From contig RPQH01000001.1 in assembly GCA_003820375.1 (NCBI GenBank), positions 36,874 through 100,873 on the forward strand: a stretch of 64,000 nucleotides of DNA, in the 5' to 3' direction. Below the pieces are notes generated by a model. That model was given only the letters and a program-made list of their open reading frames with translations, was not told the origin of the DNA and searched no databases. Position numbers and translations under genes: made by a program. This stretch comes from Ignavibacteriota bacterium (GTDB lineage: Bacteria; Bacteroidota; Ignavibacteria; Tepidaquicellales; OLB5). Below are positions 1-10,179 of the stretch, in pieces. The stretch's first letter is position 1. Each line of letters opens with the position of its first letter.

Positions 1-801
1 GGTATATTTATTCAAAAGAATTTTCATAAGTTTTCAAAAGATTCAGTTTATACAACTGATGGAAAATATGCATGGCGAAAAAAGTTAGGTAATACTCCAG
101 CGGAGGCATTTAAAAAGATTAAAGATGGCATTTTAAAGATAATAGCTTATACCCAGAACGCGAAGTTTGATAAAATTGACGAGGTAGAAGATATTTTTGC
201 AGGTGTTAGATGGAAAATAGCATATTTATATTCAAATAGAAGGTTATCTCCAATGTTCCAACTCGCTTTACTAAGAAAAATTGCAAAACATTATGGAATG
301 AAGAAATATGAAAAAGCTATGCATAGTGAATTGCAGATTTATATAATGAGACATAGACCAAACAATGTTAATGTATATGAATGGAGCGATGAAATGTGGA
401 CGAAATTCGGACCCAAGAAAAGGATAGGAATTTCTGATGCTGAAGCAGTGATAGAGGGATTTGAAGGTAATAAGAAAAAGGGCAAAGCTCATATATATAA
501 AGAACGAGATAATAAATTCAGAACAAAATATAGGAAAACTTACTCTGGTACTGTAAAATGTCCCGCATGCAATTTTGATCCGCAAAAAAAATACAGTTTA
601 AAAGATCCTAATAGGTTTTTAGAATTACATCATATTATTCCATTAAAATTTGTTGAGACAAAGACTAAAATTTCAGCAGATGATGTAACCCTGCTTTGCC
701 CAAATTGTCATAGAGCAATTCATAAAATGATGTCAAAAGAAAACCTAAAAAAAATCACTTTATTAGATTTTAAGAAAAGGTTGAAAAAGAAAGCAGCGTA
801 G
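1..801 (+). CDS. HNH endonuclease-domain protein (5' end lies upstream of the window)
   Basis: Frame 1 has no stop from nt 1, so the Met at 253 in the ORF track is internal. The C-terminus has CPACN ... LELHHIIPL ... CPNCHRAIH (CxxC + HH + CxxCH), the HNH zinc-finger nuclease signature. Confidence 0.7.
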   Translation, partial: GIFIQKNFHKFSKDSVYTTDGKYAWRKKLGNTPAEAFKKIKDGILKIIAYTQNAKFDKIDEVEDIFAGVRWKIAYLYSNRRLSPMFQLALLRKIAKHYGMKKYEKAMHSELQIYIMRHRPNNVNVYEWSDEMWTKFGPKKRIGISDAEAVIEGFEGNKKKGKAHIYKERDNKFRTKYRKTYSGTVKCPACNFDPQKKYSLKDPNRFLELHHIIPLKFVETKTKISADDVTLLCPNCHRAIHKMMSKENLKKITLLDFKKRLKKKAA

Positions 802-805
802 AAAA

Positions 806-1795
806 ATGTCGGAAAGTGACTCTAATAAAATGTTCATTTCGGAATTTACAGTTATAATAAATGATATAAAATTATTAATATCCAAAGGTCATCAAATGGA
901 TAGTAAAGATAAACACTTCTTAATGCAATCATTATATCTGCTTGAGACGAATATTGATAAAATTAAAAATGATTACAAATTACACAAATTAAATAATTCG
1001 GTTTCATCGGTATCTATTAAGAAAAGTTTTTTACGCAATTTACCGACCTTAAATGTTAATGATGAAAATACTTATCAATTTAAGGAATATTTTAATTCAG
1101 TTGAATATCAGTATTGGTTTTTGGTTTTTCTGTTACTAAATAATCAAAAAATTAGAGAAAACAACACTGATCTCCACAAAGTCATAGATGATTTTATAGA
1201 ACGAATAAAGGATGAAAGTTTTAATTATGAAGATATAGTAATGACGAAATCAGGAGCTACGAGATGCAAAACAAATTTAAGATTTACAGTTAATTCTCTC
1301 AGAGACGCAGGACTATTAAGCCGGCACGATAGAAATAATAAACGAAGTTGGTCTTTATCTTATATTGGCTTATTTGTTGCTCTGTCTATTTGTTTACATC
1401 CGGACCAAAGGCGAAACAATCCATTTGCAAAAAAAATACATAAACTGAATATTGATAACTGGATATTTGATGTCGACCCAGAATTGAATTGCAGAATACA
1501 AAAGCTAAGTAGTATAGAATACTTTAATAGTCTTGTAATACAACTTGAACTAGATTCATTAGAATTACCAAATCTAAAGAAGGGACCTGAAATATTTAAA
1601 GATGTATTTAAAATTTATCAAAGGACTGAAAATGATTTAAAAAAACGAATAAAAAATGAAGATGATATTAGAATAGAATTGGAACAATATTTTAAAAATT
1701 TAGATGAGAAATATGAATTGCAAGGCTTTATGGATGATGTATCACTGAAATTCAATGCCGAAGATTGGTTTAGAGATATTATTAATGTTTCTTAA
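806..1795 (+). CDS. hypothetical protein, co-oriented with and 4 nt downstream of the HNH gene
   Basis: 329-aa ORF with tight spacing to the upstream gene. No catalytic motif recognised. Confidence 0.45.
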   Translation: MSESDSNKMFISEFTVIINDIKLLISKGHQMDSKDKHFLMQSLYLLETNIDKIKNDYKLHKLNNSVSSVSIKKSFLRNLPTLNVNDENTYQFKEYFNSVEYQYWFLVFLLLNNQKIRENNTDLHKVIDDFIERIKDESFNYEDIVMTKSGATRCKTNLRFTVNSLRDAGLLSRHDRNNKRSWSLSYIGLFVALSICLHPDQRRNNPFAKKIHKLNIDNWIFDVDPELNCRIQKLSSIEYFNSLVIQLELDSLELPNLKKGPEIFKDVFKIYQRTENDLKKRIKNEDDIRIELEQYFKNLDEKYELQGFMDDVSLKFNAEDWFRDIINVS

Positions 1796-1830
1796 TTTTT
1801 TAAAATTATTACTAATAAAAAAACTTTTAT

Positions 1831-2799
1831 TTGAATAAATATAAACTCCCAAAATTAAAACCTGAATATACTGAGCTAGTTGATAGTATTATAAAGGATT
1901 TAGAAAACAACATAATACCTTGGCGAAAACCATGGTTTAGCAAACTCCCAGTAAATTTCAAAACCAAGAAGCAATATAGAGGAATTAATATTTTATTACT
2001 TCTTTCAGCTGCCCATAAAAAAGGTTTTGAATCACATTATTGGTTAACAGCAAACCAGGCATTTCACCTTGGTGGTAAGATAAAAAGCATTGAAGTAAAT
2101 AAAAATTCCAATATAATTTTAGCAAAGTGGAAACATAAGATAGTTAAAGATGAGCGAGGAAGACCCCAAAAGAAGATGTGGTTGATGATGCGATCTCATA
2201 AAATTTATAATTTAGAGCAAACAACTGGGGTAAGAAATAAGTATTATGATGGAAACACTCTATCATTATTTAACATAAATCAACAAGCTGAAGATGTTAT
2301 AAAATCATACAGAAATCCGCCTGTTTTTTCTTATTCACCAGATAGAGCATATTACATGCCATGTTTAGACCTTATAGGAATTCCAAAACTCGATCAATTC
2401 TATAGTCCAGAAGAGTATTATAGTACTTATTTTCATGAACTTATTCACTCTACTGGACATAAAAAAAGGTTAAATAGAAGTCTTTTTGCTAAAGTAATTA
2501 AGTTTGGAGATGAAGAGTATGCTAAAGAAGAATTAGTAGCGGAACTTGGGGCTGCATTTTTATCCAGTCATTGTGATTTTTTCAGTAAGACATGTAAAAA
2601 TTCTGGAGCATATTTAAAATCCTGGTTAAAAGTATTAAAAAGTGATAAAACATTTTTATTAAGTGCTACAAAGCATGCACAATTTGCTTGTGACTACATA
2701 ATTGAAGGGAAACCTCAAGAACAAGAAGATGTCAAAGATGAAGAGGAACAAAAAGGTTTGAAAGATGTAAAATTTACACAAGATATTGTCTTTAAGTAA
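1831..2799 (+). CDS. ardC: ArdC-like antirestriction protein (N-terminal ssDNA-binding DUF1738-type domain + zincin metallopeptidase)
   Basis: N-terminus IIPWRKPW...YRGINILLL...HYWLTANQA..GGKIK is typical of the ArdC N-domain. C-terminus has FHELIHSTGH (HExxH). The start codon is TTG. Confidence 0.75.
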   Translation: MNKYKLPKLKPEYTELVDSIIKDLENNIIPWRKPWFSKLPVNFKTKKQYRGINILLLLSAAHKKGFESHYWLTANQAFHLGGKIKSIEVNKNSNIILAKWKHKIVKDERGRPQKKMWLMMRSHKIYNLEQTTGVRNKYYDGNTLSLFNINQQAEDVIKSYRNPPVFSYSPDRAYYMPCLDLIGIPKLDQFYSPEEYYSTYFHELIHSTGHKKRLNRSLFAKVIKFGDEEYAKEELVAELGAAFLSSHCDFFSKTCKNSGAYLKSWLKVLKSDKTFLLSATKHAQFACDYIIEGKPQEQEDVKDEEEQKGLKDVKFTQDIVFK

Positions 2800-2984
2800 T
2801 AAAATAAGCTATAATTATGGAAAGGCATATTTTAATTTATTTATCATCTTTACTAATAATATATATACACGTGTTTATTTTCTTTTTTAAGAAAAATATA
2901 TTAATATCTTTAATAGCAAATCAACATATTTTATTTCTTCCTGGATCTTTCTGGTTATAAACAGATTGAAATAATACTAATCAT

Positions 2985-4535
2985 ATGCCTGAAAAAAATA
3001 TTCTAATAACAATGTGCGGTTTGACCCCGCAAGTGGTTTCTGAAACCTTGTATGCTTTTTCTGTAAGGGAAAATATTTCTATTGATGAGCTTTATATTCT
3101 TACTACAATAGAAGGGAAAAAATATGTTGATGGAGGTGAATTGTATGTCAGAGGCGACATTACTAAAATACCTTCGTTGGAAGATGAAATTAATAGGATG
3201 TGCCAATTATATAATGTAAGATTGCCAAATATAAAAGTTTTAACCGTAAAAGATGAAAACTTTGAAATTAATGATATCGATTCACCGGAGGCAAATGAGT
3301 TATTTCCTAATTTTATAATGAATTTAATTGGAGATTTATCAGCTCAAAAGAATGTGCGTCTCCACTGTTCATTATCAGGCGGCAGAAAAACTATGAGTGT
3401 AGCTATTGGTTTTGCAATATCTATGTTTGGGGGAGAAAATGACACTCTGACTCACGTACTGACAAGCAGAGAGTTTGAATTATCAAGCAAGTATTTTCCG
3501 GAAAACAAAGAAGAAGATGAGCAGTTAAAGATAAACTATTTTCCTTTTTTAAAGCTGAGAGACTGGATAGGGCAGGATGTATTAGAGAGGAACTACTCTA
3601 GTATTATTAAAAAAGCACAGAATAACATTGATATTATTTCCGGCAATTATGGAAAAAAATATGGATTGATTGGTGAATCAATGGCAATTAAAAAAGTTTA
3701 TAGACAGATAGAAATATATTCCAGGTTAACTAGTAATGTACTGATTACAGGTGAGAAAGGAACAGGGAAAAAAATTATTGCTAAAGCTTTACATAACTCT
3801 GCAAATAAAACAGAAGATTCTTTTATCCACATTAAATGCATTGATATAAAGGATACAGAAATTTCTGAACTGTTATGCAGTAGATTAACTAACACAACAT
3901 TGTTTTTTGAGGAAGTAGATTTATTATCTATAGGCTCACAAAATTATCTTTTAAATTTTATAAAAGCCAACGAAAATAATAACATAAGAATAATAACAGC
4001 TTGCAGCGCTGGAATTGAAAATGAATACAGTTGGGGTGGTTTTAATGCCGAGTTGCATAGATTATTAAATCAGTTGAACATATATATTCCACCATTAAAT
4101 GATAGAAGAGAAGATGTCTTACAAATTATAAAATATTACACTGAAAGGTATAATACAGAATTAAACCAACATATTAAATTTATTGGCATCGAATTATTGA
4201 GAATGCTTTTAGTTGCTAATTATAGAGGCGGTAATGTGCTTAACATAAGAAAATGGCTTAAAAAAATGATTGATGGGACAGGAAAGAGTAAATTAACAGT
4301 TATTGATCTAGATAAACTGGATTATGTTGAAAAAACTCACGTAATGTGGGGATTTCAAAAAATGGATAAAGATGTATCTAGTGAAGAAAAACTACTTCCA
4401 ATAAACGAGCTTGAGAGATTATTTTTTAGCCATGTAATTAGGAAGTTTGATAATGATTTCAGAGTTATTGCTAAAATTTTAAAACTATCAGATGAAAGTG
4501 TGAAAAATATTAGAGGTAGATTTTCAAATTCATAA
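2985..4535 (+). CDS. CARF (NE0113/CARF7-type) - AAA+ (sigma54-activator-like, GAFTGA loop absent) - Fis-type HTH regulator
   Basis: N-terminus ILITMCGLTPQVVSETLYAF and SLSGGRKTMS match the cas_NE0113 CARF signature. Walker A is GEKGTGKKIIAKALH and Walker B is TLFFEEVDLL. NQLNIYIPPLNDRREDVLQII is the bEBP sensor/R-finger block. The C-terminal part VIAKILKLSDESVKNIRGRF is an HTH. No GAFTGA lies between Walker A and B. Confidence 0.75.
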   Translation: MPEKNILITMCGLTPQVVSETLYAFSVRENISIDELYILTTIEGKKYVDGGELYVRGDITKIPSLEDEINRMCQLYNVRLPNIKVLTVKDENFEINDIDSPEANELFPNFIMNLIGDLSAQKNVRLHCSLSGGRKTMSVAIGFAISMFGGENDTLTHVLTSREFELSSKYFPENKEEDEQLKINYFPFLKLRDWIGQDVLERNYSSIIKKAQNNIDIISGNYGKKYGLIGESMAIKKVYRQIEIYSRLTSNVLITGEKGTGKKIIAKALHNSANKTEDSFIHIKCIDIKDTEISELLCSRLTNTTLFFEEVDLLSIGSQNYLLNFIKANENNNIRIITACSAGIENEYSWGGFNAELHRLLNQLNIYIPPLNDRREDVLQIIKYYTERYNTELNQHIKFIGIELLRMLLVANYRGGNVLNIRKWLKKMIDGTGKSKLTVIDLDKLDYVEKTHVMWGFQKMDKDVSSEEKLLPINELERLFFSHVIRKFDNDFRVIAKILKLSDESVKNIRGRFSNS

Positions 4536-4571
4536 AAAAACAATAAATTTATTAACAATTACCGCATAATT

Positions 4572-7163
4572 ATGCTGACACTAATTAATTACAATTCTAC
4601 AGCATCAGAAAACTTAAAACTAGAAGAAAATTTAGGTGAAAAAGTTACTCTGATTAACTATGAGAGTCTTTTTGAGTTTATTAATGCTGCCAAAGAATAT
4701 TCAGGCGTTGTGGAAGGTGTTATGTTTAACAGTAAAGATTTTATACTGAATGAAAGGGATGTAAAAATAATATTTGAAAATACACCTGCATTTTCATACG
4801 ATTTTATAAATGATGATAGTATAAATTTGAAACCTGTTCTAAATACAGGTATAATGCGAGAGCCCGTTGATATAGAATTAAATAAAATTGTTGATAAACT
4901 GGAGTTCATTCTAGTTAAAAATAAAATAACAAATACATATAGCAGCTCAGAATTCAGAGATGATTCATCAATAGTAATAAAAACATTAAAATCTCAGTTT
5001 GGAATATATTATACAGCGCAATTTGCTATTGAATTAATTTCTGTCTTTTTACCGGACCAAACTTTGGGAGTTAATGATTTATCAGACAGGAACTGGCATT
5101 TATCGCTTCTGAAATTCTTTTACAAGTTGTATCCTGAAGCTATTATAAGCATAAAATATGAAACTATAACTATAAACAACCTAAAGCAGGTAAAAGTATT
5201 TATTATAATATCATTATCTGGAAAGATAAAGGAAAAAACTATTTTGGAAGCCGGAAAAATAAAAGAATCTTTATTGGAGTTTTTCTATTCTTCCGGTGTA
5301 TATTTGGTATATGATTTAAGAATTGTAAAATCTAAAGAAGAGCTTGAAGCAGCAGTATATTTTATTGATTTACCTTTAAATATTACATCATATAAGTTAA
5401 AAATAAAAGAGAGTGTAAGTTTATTTTACAATGATATTATTAGTTCTGATAAAAAAGTTGAAAAAGAATTGTTAAATGCGCTATTTTTTACTAACCAATT
5501 ACTATATAGCTATGATAAATTGTTATCCATATTAACTGAACAACATGATGGCTCTGCATTTGTAATACATCTAAAGCCATTTACTCCGGAAAGTTATATA
5601 AAATCTCTGTCAAACGAGATTAAATATTTGAATAATCCTGAAATTAGAGAAACAGACAAAATAAATATTCTCGATAAACTTGAGTCTTCAATGTTTTTCA
5701 AAACAGTAGTTTTAATTTACAATAAACAGAATGAAGTGAGCAATACTTTAAAACATAATATAAATTCTGACTTATTCAATGCTGATCCTGGTTTTGAAAT
5801 AAATGAAGGTATAAATAACCCTGCTGATATTTTCAATTGTTTAATAAACAATTCAGAAATACCTGAAGAATTTGCAAATATATTTACAGCAGTAGAAGCC
5901 GCTTCATGTTTCCATTTACCATTCAGAACAAACTTTAAGCTTTCCGGTGTACAAAGTGAATTCAGCCGCTTTTCTTTTGTTCCGGCAGAACTTAGTACTG
6001 AAGGTACATTACTTGGCATCAAAAGAAGAGGGGAGCTTGTTATGGACATTAGGATAAAAGATAAAGATTTAAACAGTCACACATATATTATTGGACAGAC
6101 CGGTACCGGGAAATCAACGATGCTATATACAATGATTATGGACCAGATTGAAAATGATAAAGGAGTTCTAATTATTGATCCCAATCTGGATCTTTGTAAT
6201 AAAATTGCTGAGAATTTACCAGCACATAGGAAAAACGATATAATAATATTTGACCCGACTGAGGAAAAGTATCAACATAGAATAAACTTGCTTGAATATG
6301 ACATCAATTACCCTGCACAAAAATCCTTTATAATAAATGAACAGCTAAAAATTATAAATGATATTTATAATTTGAATATAACTGGCGGTCCTGTTTTCGA
6401 GCTTTATTTTACAAATGCGCTTCTTGCAGTTATGGAGAACAAGGGCAGTATTTTTGATGTTGTAAATTTCTTTTTATACACTGATAAACGAAAAGAAATA
6501 CTTGAAAACTGCAGCAATGTTGATGTTATAAACTTCTTTAACAATGCAAATCAAACAACAGGGGAGATATCATTTACAAACATTCTGTTTTATATAATCA
6601 GCAAGTTTACTCCTTATACTTTAAATGAATTTTTCAAGAATGTGTTTAACACATGTACAAGTGATATTAATTTCAGAGATATAATTGATAATAAAAAGAT
6701 ATTTTTAGCCAGGCTTCCTAAAGGCATTTTAGGTGATAAAGCAGCTCACTTCATGGGTATTATACTGGTAAACCGGTTTGTAATGGCAGCTCTTTCAAGA
6801 GCTAATATTCATGAGAAGGACAGACGGCAATTCTTTATGTATATAGATGAGTTTCAAAATTTTGTTTCTACCGATTCAGCAAATGCTTTAGCTGAAGCTA
6901 GAAAATATGGTTTAAGTATGATTCTTGCAAATCAAACAACTGCTCAAATTCCAAAAGAATTAAAAGAAATTATTATTGGAAATGTTGGCAATACTATATT
7001 CTTCAGAGCAGGAAGCCATGAGCTTTCAACAATTATGCCTTATATATTTACGGATTTTAAGGAAGATGATGTGTTGTATTTGCCCAATTACCAATGCATA
7101 GCCAAGCTGTTAGTTGATGGTAAACCTACAAAGCCATTTGTGTTTGAGACAGCAGTTATGTGA
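4572..7163 (+). CDS. FtsK/HerA/TraD-superfamily P-loop ATPase with a ~480-aa N-terminal region of unknown fold
   Basis: HTYIIGQTGTGKST (Walker A), FFMYIDEFQNF (Walker B) and ARKYGLSMILANQTTAQIP are typical of DUF87/HerA/TraD-like translocase ATPases. No N-terminal TM helices, so it is not a classical coupling protein. Confidence 0.65.
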   Translation: MLTLINYNSTASENLKLEENLGEKVTLINYESLFEFINAAKEYSGVVEGVMFNSKDFILNERDVKIIFENTPAFSYDFINDDSINLKPVLNTGIMREPVDIELNKIVDKLEFILVKNKITNTYSSSEFRDDSSIVIKTLKSQFGIYYTAQFAIELISVFLPDQTLGVNDLSDRNWHLSLLKFFYKLYPEAIISIKYETITINNLKQVKVFIIISLSGKIKEKTILEAGKIKESLLEFFYSSGVYLVYDLRIVKSKEELEAAVYFIDLPLNITSYKLKIKESVSLFYNDIISSDKKVEKELLNALFFTNQLLYSYDKLLSILTEQHDGSAFVIHLKPFTPESYIKSLSNEIKYLNNPEIRETDKINILDKLESSMFFKTVVLIYNKQNEVSNTLKHNINSDLFNADPGFEINEGINNPADIFNCLINNSEIPEEFANIFTAVEAASCFHLPFRTNFKLSGVQSEFSRFSFVPAELSTEGTLLGIKRRGELVMDIRIKDKDLNSHTYIIGQTGTGKSTMLYTMIMDQIENDKGVLIIDPNLDLCNKIAENLPAHRKNDIIIFDPTEEKYQHRINLLEYDINYPAQKSFIINEQLKIINDIYNLNITGGPVFELYFTNALLAVMENKGSIFDVVNFFLYTDKRKEILENCSNVDVINFFNNANQTTGEISFTNILFYIISKFTPYTLNEFFKNVFNTCTSDINFRDIIDNKKIFLARLPKGILGDKAAHFMGIILVNRFVMAALSRANIHEKDRRQFFMYIDEFQNFVSTDSANALAEARKYGLSMILANQTTAQIPKELKEIIIGNVGNTIFFRAGSHELSTIMPYIFTDFKEDDVLYLPNYQCIAKLLVDGKPTKPFVFETAVM

Positions 7164-7184
7164 ATTATAAAGAAATTATTATTA

Positions 7185-7559
7185 TCAATCTTCTATTAAT
7201 TGTTGATGTTTTTGTCTCAGAGTTTTAGCTAATTCATTTGCTGACTCTAGTGTTTTTGAAATTTTTTTACCTTCTAAACCTGCAAATATAGCAAAAGGCA
7301 AAAATACAACAATACCTAAAATTAATGCTAATGCATCATCTGATTGTCCTAATAGTGGTATAACATCTGGTATAAGATCTAATGGGCTTATAATATATAA
7401 AACTGAAATACCGGTTAAAGCAAATAAAGATTTACTGAAAACTTTATATAAAAAAGCTTTAATACCGCTGTCTTTCAAATTAAACAATATTAGCAGAGTA
7501 ATTATGATAATAGTAAAACAAATTAATATCCATTTACTAAATTCCCAAAAAGATTCCAT
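7185..7559 (-). CDS. DUF1232 (YkvA-like) small membrane protein
   Basis: SPLDLIPDVIPLLGQSDDALAL motif plus hydrophobic helices. Confidence 0.6.
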   Translation of the reverse strand: MESFWEFSKWILICFTIIIITLLILFNLKDSGIKAFLYKVFSKSLFALTGISVLYIISPLDLIPDVIPLLGQSDDALALILGIVVFLPFAIFAGLEGKKISKTLESANELAKTLRQKHQQLIED

Positions 7560-7731
7560 TTTTTAACCTCCAAAAATAAATTAAGAATATTCTTTTAGAT
7601 AATGATCAATTAATTCAACCTTCTTAAATTTTCTTATCTCCAAATAGCTTCAGTAATCAGTTTCTCCAAAGACTTGCTTTGACGATAAGCTGTATTTTAC
7701 TGTGGGTATTCGAAATCATTAAAGGATTATA

Positions 7732-7870
7732 CTCTTTTTCACTTCAAAATTTGTAAAAAATTCTTTATTTGGTAACTATTTACCTCTAAGTTATAATAAA
7801 ATAAGGCATCTGTCAAAACAGGCACTAAAAAAAGTTAAGTCTTAATAGAATAATGTATTTAACCAAAAAA
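7732..7870. repeat. Copy A of a ~140-bp direct repeat (partner at 36132-36271), just downstream of the last type III gene
   Basis: By-eye alignment: ctctttttcacYtcaaaatt..aactatttacctctaagttataataaaataaggcatctgtcaRaacaggcactaaaaaaagttaagtct.. Identity roughly 85-90%. Confidence 0.8.
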
Positions 7871-7910
7871 GTCATTTTCACTTAAAATCGTCACCAAACA
7901 TAATCCACAA

Positions 7911-10166
7911 TTATACATCTGTTGGTTTAGGAAGAATTGATCTGTTCTTAAACTCATTAATCTTTTTTCCTTTTGAATCTTTAACAACCTTTCCTTTTTC
8001 ATCTTTAAGCTCAATTTGCATATACCTTGTCTTTTCATTTTCTGGTCTATGATCGAAATCAAGTATTCTTCTTAGCTGCTTCATTCTTTCTACTTCCCAT
8101 AAATCATCGAAGTTATGCGTAGTGTTATCTTGTTCTAAAGTATTTAAAATAAATGTTGCAAATTCATCTTTATATTCATTTACTTTTTTCTGTGATAAGT
8201 GTTCTGTTTCATTTCCCCATTCAGCAAATAAATCATTATATCTATTTACTCTATTAGAGAGAAATAATATTGGAGTTATCCTAATAGATCCAAGTCCAAG
8301 TGGCTTTCCCATGCCAATTTTGTGACAGCATTCTGGTGGTAAATCCAGTGCGAAAAGCAATGCTCCTAGTTCTACGTTTGTTAAGTTTTCGAATCTAATT
8401 CTGCCTTTAAATGTTGCATTTTTAATAGGAGATATTTTTTGGGGATATTGAGTGCTGTGTTTTAATACTTCATCTTTCTTATCCTGTATCCATTGATTGT
8501 CTTCTTTGTGCCAATAGAGCTTATATCCTCTGATATTAGTATTATCATTATAAGTATTTCTCAGAAAAAGATCACCATATGGAGGAAATTTTTTTTGATC
8601 TGCTGTTTTATAGATTTGTTCTAAATAATGTTGAAATGTAGTTGGTTTCGGACTTGATAAAATTTGATGAAAATCCATTTCACTTTTTTGATTATTTCCA
8701 GAAAGTAGCGGAGCATCTTCAAAAAACACTCTACCTGCAAAATCTGCATCATTTCCAAACATCATTTCTGCAATATCAAATTTTTTAATATTATCTTTTT
8801 TGTTACTTTCTTCATCAACTTCAATTTCAAAATTACGAAGTTCATCAGGGATATGTTCTTTTAACGTCTTATTATATCCTAATCTAAAAAATCCATTATG
8901 ACCAAAACTAAATATATTGTTATCTTTTGTAATAAAAAAACATGGTACATCTTTAGATGTGTCTAATAAATCTAGAATATTTCCTTTTCTATTTATATCA
9001 TGATTGTGATTTCTTATTACTTCGTCTGGGATTTTATAATATGTTCCCTCTTCAGAAGTATCAGGGATATCTATTACCCATTGATATTTTTTGTCATTCA
9101 TTTTACCACTTGCTATCAAATATCCTGGTGTCTGATAATTACCTTGTCGGTTTTGCCTTAGACCATCAAGTTCTGCAAATCTTAGAGTTACTGTTCTCTT
9201 CCCCCCGTGAGGAAGATGGTCAGTTTCTGTTGAAGGATTGAAAAAAACTTTTATGAATTTATCATCTTCAATCTCAATAGGCGGAGTCCCTGAATTAGTT
9301 ATTTTATGTTTCCATCCATTATATATTGAAGGTGCTCTATATATTTTTTGAGAAGGATAAATTCTATAATCTTTATAACCAATTTTTTTCAATATACCTG
9401 CTTGAAACATATAAGTATGATTATTATTAACATCAACCATATGTTCAGTATATTGCTTTCTTAATACGCTCATATCTGCCAATGCTCTATAATACAATCT
9501 GTCATTTGAAAAATTTTTGAAATAACCATAAGAAATAATTTCTATTGTAGTTCTTATCATACCCCTTAAACTGCTGCCTGGGATTACTGGTTTAATACCT
9601 AATGGAGAATAAAACTTTGATGTTTTTTCAAAATATTTAATTAGCTCTTTGCTATTTAATAATTCTATCAAAGATTCATATTTTTCTTTTAATTCTTTTT
9701 TATTTTGATTTATTTTATTAGTTATTTCATCAATTTTAGTATTGATTACGTCAATCTCGTTTTTTTTATTACTTTTACTTTTTTCATTCTTCAACTTTTC
9801 GTTTTTATTTAGATCTTTTTCGAGCCTGTAAATAATTTTTTCAAGATGGTTAAATTTGCTTAAATTTATTTTAATCTTTTCAAATACTTCAAACCATTTT
9901 TTGTTATCATGGTTTCCCATAATGAAAATATTGCCTTTTGTATCAATATTTATGTCAATATAACCTGTTTTAAAATTTTCATTACAGTAATATTTATCAA
10001 ACTTATCATTACCAAAATAATAATTAGTAAAAACTACTTTTTCATTAAGTGGAATAAAATTATAAGGGGCACCGCAATAATTTTTATCATCTTTTACATC
10101 TTTTTGTGTTTCTATAGGATTCATTTGTGCTTTAAATAAATGGAAATCAACTGGTTTTTTTGACAT
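7911..10166 (-). CDS. Large RAMP protein, Cas7 with insertion (TIGR03986/all1473-like), type III-D signature subunit
   Basis: GAPYNFIPLNEKVV at the N-terminus, RAMP motif VIPGSSLRGMIRTTIE, glycine loop GMGKPLGLGSIRI. A ~90-aa K/E/N-rich coiled-coil insertion lies between the N-terminus and the RAMP core. Confidence 0.75.
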   Translation of the reverse strand: MSKKPVDFHLFKAQMNPIETQKDVKDDKNYCGAPYNFIPLNEKVVFTNYYFGNDKFDKYYCNENFKTGYIDINIDTKGNIFIMGNHDNKKWFEVFEKIKINLSKFNHLEKIIYRLEKDLNKNEKLKNEKSKSNKKNEIDVINTKIDEITNKINQNKKELKEKYESLIELLNSKELIKYFEKTSKFYSPLGIKPVIPGSSLRGMIRTTIEIISYGYFKNFSNDRLYYRALADMSVLRKQYTEHMVDVNNNHTYMFQAGILKKIGYKDYRIYPSQKIYRAPSIYNGWKHKITNSGTPPIEIEDDKFIKVFFNPSTETDHLPHGGKRTVTLRFAELDGLRQNRQGNYQTPGYLIASGKMNDKKYQWVIDIPDTSEEGTYYKIPDEVIRNHNHDINRKGNILDLLDTSKDVPCFFITKDNNIFSFGHNGFFRLGYNKTLKEHIPDELRNFEIEVDEESNKKDNIKKFDIAEMMFGNDADFAGRVFFEDAPLLSGNNQKSEMDFHQILSSPKPTTFQHYLEQIYKTADQKKFPPYGDLFLRNTYNDNTNIRGYKLYWHKEDNQWIQDKKDEVLKHSTQYPQKISPIKNATFKGRIRFENLTNVELGALLFALDLPPECCHKIGMGKPLGLGSIRITPILFLSNRVNRYNDLFAEWGNETEHLSQKKVNEYKDEFATFILNTLEQDNTTHNFDDLWEVERMKQLRRILDFDHRPENEKTRYMQIELKDEKGKVVKDSKGKKINEFKNRSILPKPTDV

Positions 10167-10179
10167 ATAAATTTCTCCT

